Positions 57,397 through 64,000 of a stretch of DNA of 64,000 nucleotides are shown here, piece after piece. Position 1 is the stretch's first letter. Every line of letters begins with the position of its first letter. The notes beneath the pieces are model-generated. The model searched no databases. It saw only the letters and a program-made list of their open reading frames with translations, and was not told where the DNA came from. The stretch lies in the sequence record MW749006.1; one strand, given 5' to 3'. A program made the position numbers and the translations under genes.

Positions 57397-57774
57397 ATGA
57401 CACACTTTGTATTAGAGTTAGAAGTTATCCTCACACAACAACCCGTATTTAAGATGTCACTACCCGTACTTGCGACTACAGATGACTACGAACAGAAACG
57501 TAACTTTCGTCGTGCGTTAGATAACTGTAAAGACGGTTACGTTGATTGGAGTAATTCCCAAGAAGAATCTAAAGGTGGGTTTGGGGATTTTGCAACTTTT
57601 GGTTTAAGAAAGAATAGACTCGAATACCTTTTAGGTGAGTTTGGTTTAGTGGAAGAGTTCATTAACTACGTTGAAAATTTAATTGAAGAGAATATAAATC
57701 TACCAAGTGGTATTACTTATGGTAAGTTTATTGGTCCAGATCTATTCTACCAAGTTAGTGTAAAGGAGATATAG
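57397..57774 (+). CDS. Hypothetical protein
   Basis: ATG 57397 after AAGGT. Confidence 0.6.
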   Translation: MTHFVLELEVILTQQPVFKMSLPVLATTDDYEQKRNFRRALDNCKDGYVDWSNSQEESKGGFGDFATFGLRKNRLEYLLGEFGLVEEFINYVENLIEENINLPSGITYGKFIGPDLFYQVSVKEI

Positions 57775-57776
57775 TA

Positions 57777-58115
57777 GTGGAAGACTATTACAGAATTAAT
57801 CTAGAAGTTAACAACAAAGAAAACAAAAAACTCTTCGTTGAGTCCTGTGAATTTACACAGAACACTTCTACACTCACTATAGATAATTTATCTGGTTTAC
57901 TGGAATCACTACGCTTCCTTAAAGATAAATTTAAACTGTGGATGAAAGAAGATACTGATAGTAACTGTGACGAGTTCACTATCGACAAGTTTCTTGATCC
58001 GGTTATTAAGACACTATACTTCGATGGTTGTAATAAACCAAACGAATTACATGTGATGCAAAGGGTAAGTGTTGATTTATATGTACACATCTACATAGAT
58101 AAATTAATCAAATAG
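57777..58115 (+). CDS. Hypothetical protein
   Basis: 112 aa, AAGGAG SD. Confidence 0.6.
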   Translation: MEDYYRINLEVNNKENKKLFVESCEFTQNTSTLTIDNLSGLLESLRFLKDKFKLWMKEDTDSNCDEFTIDKFLDPVIKTLYFDGCNKPNELHVMQRVSVDLYVHIYIDKLIK

Positions 58116-58128
58116 GAAGGTATTAGAT

Positions 58129-58455
58129 ATGTTGTCACATATAGTAACAGTTAGTTTAAAGGATAAAACAGGTAACGTTCTTTTCAGTTCAAGGCTAGCA
58201 ACTGAGAAGTACGACCCAAGTAGCAGAGACGTTGTAAGATACGGAGTTCACCACACCTTTAATCTTATCCTCAAATCGTACGAGCAATGGTTCGAACGAG
58301 AATTCCAGTCCATTTCTATTGAAGAATACGTTAAAGACTTTAGAACTCTTTTAGAGGAACACGACCTTAATCCAAACGGTAGTGACGAGCTTAACGTTTC
58401 AATAGACGGAGACAAGTTCCTACACTTAAGTGTCATCAGTTTAACACACCAATAA
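58129..58455 (+). CDS. Hypothetical protein
   Basis: 108-aa ORF. Confidence 0.6.
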   Translation: MLSHIVTVSLKDKTGNVLFSSRLATEKYDPSSRDVVRYGVHHTFNLILKSYEQWFEREFQSISIEEYVKDFRTLLEEHDLNPNGSDELNVSIDGDKFLHLSVISLTHQ

Positions 58456-58537
58456 CTTTACTCGGAGTTCTACTTAACTTCACAAAGAATACAGTGGAAC
58501 TCTTTAGAGTATATCTTTAACTTAACGGATACATCCC

Positions 58538-58960
58538 ATGCTTGATCTTAAAACAATAGTAGACAACTACACTAGAGAAGAAAACATAGTCCCTGTAGAA
58601 GTCCTCCCTTTACTATTCGACGCACATAGCGAAGAAGAACAGTTAGTTGAAATTGAGAAAGACCACAAAGCAATCACCAAAATTAGTAATCGGGAAGAAC
58701 ACTTCCTAATGAAAGTGGTTAACGCTAACCCTTGGTGTGTGGGTGAGATTTTAAATCCTAGCGAATACGTGGCACTCGAAGCTATCAGTGTTAATCCGTT
58801 AGCTATAGCGGTTATTGATGAACCGTCTTTAAGGGTGTGTAAATATGCCCTCGGGAAAGATCCTAAGGTTGCGATCTATATACCTGGGGAGTATTATGAT
58901 CAGTTAGGTTTATCGGAGAAATGTCAACCTAAACCTTTCTTTCATAACTTACCTAGTTAA
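58538..58960 (+). CDS. Short helical-repeat protein (DUF4116-like)
   Basis: About 23-aa repeats: VVNANPWCV..I.NP, AISVNPLAI..I.EP, ALGKDP. Confidence 0.55.
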   Translation: MLDLKTIVDNYTREENIVPVEVLPLLFDAHSEEEQLVEIEKDHKAITKISNREEHFLMKVVNANPWCVGEILNPSEYVALEAISVNPLAIAVIDEPSLRVCKYALGKDPKVAIYIPGEYYDQLGLSEKCQPKPFFHNLPS

Positions 58961-58970
58961 AAGCATACCG

Positions 58971-59016
58971 AACTAACTGGAGGGTAATTCCTCTGGTTAG
59001 TTTCTTTTTTCTTTTC
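58971..59016 (+). terminator. Intrinsic terminator
   Basis: aactaactggagg/cctctggttagtt plus T tract. Confidence 0.8.
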
Positions 59017-59052
59017 TTATCAAATTCTCTGAATAGAATCAGGAGTAGTAGG

Positions 59053-59943
59053 ATGTTAAATTTATCAGAACAAACGGTAGGTTATATAGAGACTACCTTT
59101 AATGAAGTAATGAAACCAATCATCTACAACACCTTCTCTATGTTAGAGACCTTTGGTATTAGTTTCTACGAGGATAAGTATGTAGACTTACTACACCGTG
59201 AGTTCAGCATTGACTCTAGTGATAAGCAAGATACTTTTACTTCTATGTTAAGAGAAGATGTTTTCGATATCCTTAAAGAACACGCAGTGTTATTAGATCT
59301 AGAACAAGAACCTAATCTAACAGAACTTAACCATATAGCTAAAGGTTTGTTGATGTTCCAAACCCAAGAAGACTACCAACCTTTAACATACATCTTAAAC
59401 AACGAGACTTCAGATAAAGAGAAGTTCATTGCAGTTATCCATACACTAACTGACTTCTCTATCTATCGTCTAATGGAGTTAGTAGAAAGTGTTGGTGTTA
59501 ACTTGATTCCTTCAATGACTCAGTTCGCTAAAGATAGTCAAGAGGAAGAAACACCAGAACAGTTCGATAAAGAATGGTTAGTTCACGTAGCTAAGTTCTT
59601 TAAGTTCATTGACGAAACTCCATGTCTAGGTTTAGAACTCTTCACTAGTGGTTATGTTAACCTAGAACTCTCTGAGGTGATTGATCTTCTTCCATATGAG
59701 CTAGACTCTAAGATCAAACCGAACATCTCCCTAAACGCACCACAAGCTGCCTTAGACGTACTCAGTGTTCTTCTAGTCACTAAAGATAACTACACCAAAC
59801 CTTTAGAGAAACTAGATGAACATCTTTACACTTTCTTTTCTGACTTAACAGAAGTGAGTAGAGTAAAACCAATCATTGTAACTATGGTAACTGACTTCAG
59901 TAACTACCTATTAGTTCATAAACAAGTAGAGGCAGTCCAATGA
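59053..59943 (+). CDS. Conserved jumbo-phage protein coupled to the vRNAP subunit gene
   Basis: 296 aa, stop overlaps next start. Confidence 0.65.
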   Translation: MLNLSEQTVGYIETTFNEVMKPIIYNTFSMLETFGISFYEDKYVDLLHREFSIDSSDKQDTFTSMLREDVFDILKEHAVLLDLEQEPNLTELNHIAKGLLMFQTQEDYQPLTYILNNETSDKEKFIAVIHTLTDFSIYRLMELVESVGVNLIPSMTQFAKDSQEEETPEQFDKEWLVHVAKFFKFIDETPCLGLELFTSGYVNLELSEVIDLLPYELDSKIKPNISLNAPQAALDVLSVLLVTKDNYTKPLEKLDEHLYTFFSDLTEVSRVKPIIVTMVTDFSNYLLVHKQVEAVQ

Positions 59944-61235
59944 CAGCTAAGTTAGATTACTTCAAGTTAGCTATACAGAACTTAAAGGTACTGGAGAGTA
60001 AAGACTGGTATCTATATACAATAGCTATTCCAATCCTTAAAGCTATGAAACAACCAGAAGAAGAATTGGCTCTATTCACTAAACCAGATGGTCTCTACTA
60101 TAGCACTTATGTAAGTGGTACTTGGGAAGCGGTTAAGATCTCAGATTATCGCGAAGGTGAACCTCTCTTTCAGTTTGAAGATAAGATCAACGCAGATCCT
60201 AGTTGGTTACCTACTATCTCTAAACCAATAGAAACAACTATAGGACGTATGTTAGTTAATGCTTTTGTTCTATACGGTTCCTTTGGTGTGAAGGTTCCTT
60301 ATCGTAATGAAATAATGGAAGTTAAAACTTTCAACGAGATATTGATTAGACAACTTAGAGATGAAGACAAAGCTAAAGGAGATGATATTAAAGTATCGGA
60401 GATGGTGCAGTGTTTCGATAGACTTACTTTCATCAGTAGTTTAGCGACTATCATTAACGTAGCTGCTACTAAGAAAACTATATCTGCACCGGAAGGACTA
60501 GAGAAGAAGAAGAAAGAACTACTAGCTAAATATGAAGGTCAATTAACCGACCCTGTTAAGTTAGCTGAGTTTGAAGGGGAGTTGGATAAGTTCGATAGAG
60601 ACTTCTTATCTGACGATCCAGACTCTGATAAGATACTTAGTAGTAAAACACGTACAGCTAGACGTAAGATGTATTTAGCCTTTGGTAAACCTTCTGGATT
60701 TGACAATAACGCAACAGCTATTACCTCATCACTCATGGATGGTCTAGAAGTAAGTAGACAAAACTTACCACAATACATGGATGACTTACGATTCGGTAGT
60801 TATTCTCGTGGTGGTTCAACAGCTAAGTCCGGTTATATATACAAGATTCTACAGAGAGCTTTGACTAGTCTAAACGTTGTAGGTACTCCTTGTAATACAA
60901 CTACAGGTTTAGTTAGATATATAACAGATAAAGACTATATGAACTTAATGGATCGTTCTGTTAAAGTGTCTGGTAAATGGAAGATACTTTCATCACCAGA
61001 AGAAGCTGAACATTTCGTTGGTAAAGACACAGAGATACGTTCACCTATGTATTGTACCTCTCCAGGTGGTACGGTTTGTTATAGTTGTCTGAGTGAGAGT
61101 TATAAAGACAGTGAGGCTGGTATCACTAACTTAGCTGCAGTGTTCTCAGATGCGTTAATGAGTTTGTTTCTTAAAGCTATGCACTCGACTTCTACGTATC
61201 TAACAACAGTCACTATGGATGATCTCTGTACATAG
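59940..61235 (+). CDS. Virion RNA polymerase beta' subunit, C-terminal part (phiKZ gp80-like)
   Basis: R.GSYSRG..TAKSG, PC.T..G, RSPMYC...VCYSC Zn site, LKAMH. Confidence 0.85.
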   Translation: MTAKLDYFKLAIQNLKVLESKDWYLYTIAIPILKAMKQPEEELALFTKPDGLYYSTYVSGTWEAVKISDYREGEPLFQFEDKINADPSWLPTISKPIETTIGRMLVNAFVLYGSFGVKVPYRNEIMEVKTFNEILIRQLRDEDKAKGDDIKVSEMVQCFDRLTFISSLATIINVAATKKTISAPEGLEKKKKELLAKYEGQLTDPVKLAEFEGELDKFDRDFLSDDPDSDKILSSKTRTARRKMYLAFGKPSGFDNNATAITSSLMDGLEVSRQNLPQYMDDLRFGSYSRGGSTAKSGYIYKILQRALTSLNVVGTPCNTTTGLVRYITDKDYMNLMDRSVKVSGKWKILSSPEEAEHFVGKDTEIRSPMYCTSPGGTVCYSCLSESYKDSEAGITNLAAVFSDALMSLFLKAMHSTSTYLTTVTMDDLCT

Positions 61236-61241
61236 ATCTAC

Positions 61242-61291
61242 AACCCTCCACAGCGCCCTTCTAGAGAAATCTAGAGGGCGTTGTTAGGGTT
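61242..61291 (+). terminator. Long hairpin after vRNAP subunit gene
   Basis: cagcgccct-tctaga...tctaga-gggcgttg. Confidence 0.5.
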
Positions 61292-61327
61292 ATGTTTATA
61301 AGTATCTAGAAACGACTCACAGTGTAT

Positions 61328-61387
61328 CTGAAATCTTTATGGTTACATATATAATACCTAGAGAGATACGGTGTAATTCTATACTGT
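61328..61387 (+). repeat. Promoter-stem-loop module, copy B2
   Basis: See 48971..49030; CTGAA-N12-ACATATATAATA. Confidence 0.85.
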
Positions 61388-61451
61388 GTCATTATTACTG
61401 AAGCTATTCCTTACATATAGGATAGCAATCACTGTCCTGGAGGACAACACT

Positions 61452-61688
61452 ATGTTTAATTTACAAGACATCCTTGACACTATAACAAACATCAATCCAA
61501 CAACAAAAGTCTTTGATCGACCATTCGAAGACATTATCAAAGAAGTTAGACACACTACCGAAGACGTAGTTGTTAGTTCAGCTTCTAATCAAACCGATCC
61601 AAAGGCTTCTACATATTTTAAAGTAGGAAGTAAAGAGTATGTTGCTCGCTATCGTGGAGCATACACTCAGATCTCTTTAGTGGCATAA
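61452..61688 (+). CDS. Small early protein in single-gene cassette
   Basis: ATG 61452 after GGAGGA. Confidence 0.65.
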   Translation: MFNLQDILDTITNINPTTKVFDRPFEDIIKEVRHTTEDVVVSSASNQTDPKASTYFKVGSKEYVARYRGAYTQISLVA

Positions 61689-61693
61689 AGATT

Positions 61694-61742
61694 AACCACT
61701 ACCTAGCGTTAGCCGGGTAGTGGTTTCTTTTTTTTTTTCTTT
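61694..61742. terminator. Bidirectional terminator (inverted copy of 49381..49412)
   Basis: aaccactacctagcgttagccgggtagtggtt plus T tract. Confidence 0.9.
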
Positions 61743-61743
61743 C

Positions 61744-62661
61744 TTAGTACTGTTTAATGAAGTCATTGATTCTATCTAACACGTCTTTCTTACCTAAGTT
61801 AAACACAGGGATGTTATTCTCACTAGCTATCTTAATAGCCATACCAGTCCCACCTGTCTTACTAGTTACTTCACTAGCTTTCTCAGCTCCGTCTGAAGTA
61901 TAACAAACAACAAACTCAACTGGAGTATTCAAGTTATAGCCAAACACTTGACCTACGTTTCTAGCGTGTAACTTACGTACACCTTGAGATAGTCTATCCC
62001 AGACAGGATGTAACTTAGAAGCAAATTCCATATGTTTAAGAGTAGGTAAGTGTTGAGAAGAATGCTCATTAAAACCTTCCCACGGTAACCAGATCTCTTT
62101 CTTACCTTTTACTTTATCACATCCAACTTCGAATGCTTTATCAGCACCGACAGCAGCTCCTGAACGTAGTGTAAGACCTTTCTGTGCTAAGACCTCACCT
62201 ATCCTAACCATTATGTCTAAGATGTCGTCAGGAGTCTCTCGTGAACCTATACCAGCGTAGTACTTAATTTCTATATACTTCTGCCAGTCTTTAGGAAAAC
62301 TACAATTCTTACCGCATCCTTTAAACAAAGGAGCTATTTGATCTTTAGTGAATCCAGCTAAACCAGTACCCACTCCAGTTACCCAGAACTTCTTATCTGG
62401 ATTACTGTTAACAAACTGTTTAAAGGAGCTAACATATCCTTTAATAACGTCTAATGGTAATGTTTTTATTTCGTTGTCTTTAGTTGGTATAGCATAACAC
62501 TTTCCAGTTACACCTAAACCAATACCTATCTCTGCATTAAATAGATTTCTAGCAACTAGAGCAGCACCTTTACCATGTATGCCTGCTAAGTTACTTCCAA
62601 ATACCCAATAGTAATCACTACCTTCTGGTGGTAGATCACCATGATTGTGATAATGAAACAT
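61744..62661 (-). CDS. Fusion of Macro-like (A1S_2505-type) domain and SLOG/DprA-like nucleotide-binding domain
   Basis: WVFGSNLAGIHGKGAA...YAIPTK...VT.VGTGLAG; YAGIGSRETP...LRSGAAVGAD.AFE...GGTG.A. Confidence 0.8.
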   Translation of the reverse strand: MFHYHNHGDLPPEGSDYYWVFGSNLAGIHGKGAALVARNLFNAEIGIGLGVTGKCYAIPTKDNEIKTLPLDVIKGYVSSFKQFVNSNPDKKFWVTGVGTGLAGFTKDQIAPLFKGCGKNCSFPKDWQKYIEIKYYAGIGSRETPDDILDIMVRIGEVLAQKGLTLRSGAAVGADKAFEVGCDKVKGKKEIWLPWEGFNEHSSQHLPTLKHMEFASKLHPVWDRLSQGVRKLHARNVGQVFGYNLNTPVEFVVCYTSDGAEKASEVTSKTGGTGMAIKIASENNIPVFNLGKKDVLDRINDFIKQY

Positions 62662-62683
62662 AATAGTTTCCTTTTAAACATAA

Positions 62684-62717
62684 AGAACACTCTACCCTAA
62701 TTGGTGTAGAGTGTTCT
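62684..62717 (-). terminator. Hairpin between co-oriented minus-strand genes
   Basis: agaacactctac/gtagagtgttct 12-bp stem. Confidence 0.55.
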
Positions 62718-62727
62718 ATTAGTATAG

Positions 62728-63498
62728 TTACACGCTGTAGAATGAACCCAGACGGTTAACTTGTACTGGTTTAAGACCTTCGACTAACAACTCGAAGTTA
62801 ATTTCAGACATAGCATCTTTACGTGTCTTAGGATCAGCAGTGTTAAGAATCAACATAATCAAACGACGATACTGATTAAACTCTGAACCGCTACCTGACC
62901 AAGCGTCAGTGTGACGGAAGATCCACTTCTCACTGTAAACACCATCACGGTTCTTATTAACGAAACCTAAGAGTGTACCCCACTCGGTGTTGAAATCAGA
63001 TTGTTCTTCAGTACTCAAAACACGTTTGATCAGAAGGAACAATGTCATGTGCCATTGAGCGGCTGCTTCTTTAGTGATTGACTTCTTAGGGTCCATTGCT
63101 TCAGCAAAGTTGTTTAACTCAAATTCTACTTTATGCATTAAGATTGCTCCGCGATCTTGTTTAGATGGTTGTGGTTTTTCTCCAGTAGGAGGTAGTTCAT
63201 CTTCAGTAACAGGACTTTCTACTACAGGTGCAACTTCTTCCACGTTTGCAGTAACTTCTAACTCTACAGGAACTTCTGTTTCGTCAACAACAACTTCTTC
63301 TGTAGTTTCAACCGGTGGAGTTTCTTCTACTACTTCTTCAGAAGGTTGTTCAACTTCTACTACTTCTTCACCTGGGACAACTTCTTCAGTTGCTTCAGTG
63401 GAGTTTTCAGTAGGTAAGCTATTTAACAACTCTTCAGCTTCTGTTTCGTCAACACCTAAATTGGATTTGTCTAACATACGGTTCTTCTTTTTAGCCAT
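62728..63498 (-). CDS. Conserved jumbo-phage protein with acidic low-complexity N-terminus (probably virion)
   Basis: E/V/P/T-rich about 110 aa, then helical domain. Confidence 0.65.
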   Translation of the reverse strand: MAKKKNRMLDKSNLGVDETEAEELLNSLPTENSTEATEEVVPGEEVVEVEQPSEEVVEETPPVETTEEVVVDETEVPVELEVTANVEEVAPVVESPVTEDELPPTGEKPQPSKQDRGAILMHKVEFELNNFAEAMDPKKSITKEAAAQWHMTLFLLIKRVLSTEEQSDFNTEWGTLLGFVNKNRDGVYSEKWIFRHTDAWSGSGSEFNQYRRLIMLILNTADPKTRKDAMSEINFELLVEGLKPVQVNRLGSFYSV

Positions 63499-63512
63499 GG
63501 GATAAAACTCCT

Positions 63513-63998
63513 TTACAAATTAAAGACTCTAGCTAACATATCTTCAGCGCCAGCTTTCCCTAAGTTAATAACAGGGAAGTGGTACTTAGATGCTAAGCCA
63601 ATCATGAAAGATCCTTTACCAGTATCTTTAGTAATCTCAGCTGATTTACTCACACCATCTGGACTCCAAGTTACAAGACACTTAACGATACTGTTATTCT
63701 TACCTCCAAACATCATACGTACGTTTCGAGCTAACATAGACTTTACTACGTCGGGTACTTTGTCCCAAGCCGCAAAGTTTACACTCGCCATGTGTTTGCT
63801 AGTTTCCATATTGAAGTAGTGTTTTGTTTCGATATCATTGAAACCTTTCCAAGGAGTATAGACTTCAATATTCTTACTTGGTAGAGTAGCGATGCGATCG
63901 TGAAACTCTTTATCGTCACCGTTTACTCTCACAACAATGCCGTTATTTATTAAACGAGTAATAACGTTAAATAATTGATCTTTTACCTGTGGAGGATA
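63513..63998 (-). CDS. Degenerate SLOG/DprA-like protein, 5'-partial
   Basis: Frame open to window end; YTPWKGFN, ARN, TWSPDG, PVINLG match the SLOG half of 61744..62661. Confidence 0.7.
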   Translation of the reverse strand, partial: YPPQVKDQLFNVITRLINNGIVVRVNGDDKEFHDRIATLPSKNIEVYTPWKGFNDIETKHYFNMETSKHMASVNFAAWDKVPDVVKSMLARNVRMMFGGKNNSIVKCLVTWSPDGVSKSAEITKDTGKGSFMIGLASKYHFPVINLGKAGAEDMLARVFNL

Positions 63999-64000
63999 GT

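Noticed and set aside
63074-63505. Ser/Thr-rich ORF
   Set aside because: Antisense shadow of the acidic N-terminus of 62728..63498
5955-63819. Numerous 60-110-aa ORFs nested antisense within long genes (e.g. 5955, 8072, 16637, 30394, 42009, 42296, 49022, 57788, 60539, 63604)
   Set aside because: No SD or recognisable motifs; explained by the opposite-strand genes
1-64000. tRNA, rRNA, integrase or prophage status
   Set aside because: No cloverleaf found (GTTCGAA hits at about 17931, 35186 and 58290 are inside CDSs); no integrase or host genes; the XRE gene alone is insufficient

Overview
A 64-kb segment of an AT-rich, lytic phiKZ-like jumbo myophage, most likely nucleus-forming (Chimalliviridae). 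Gene content and synteny support this; chimallin itself is not in the window and the host cannot be determined. Core genes include the SbcD - ChmC-like - gp68-like - PicA-like - gp70-like - non-virion RNAP beta/beta' - SF2 helicase block, a DnaB-like helicase, tail sheath and tube, a prohead protease, SbcC and a virion RNAP beta' subunit. Accessory regions encode ThyX, Dcd, a dNMP kinase, HD, DHH, cupin, XRE-HTH and SLOG proteins, plus arrays of small paralogues. Most unusual: (1) a GIY-YIG homing endonuclease between a truncated and a complete, diverged copy of the same lytic transglycosylase, apparently replacing the 5' half of the gene it invaded; (2) a second GIY-YIG gene bracketed by two copies of the early promoter upstream of nvRNAP beta; (3) reusable regulatory modules (an 11-copy bipartite promoter, duplicated promoter-stem-loop leaders, a repeated terminator family) flanking unrelated single genes like interchangeable cassettes. 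No tRNA, rRNA, CRISPR array or integrase was seen. All family and phiKZ gp assignments come from motif recognition and synteny by eye, not database searches.
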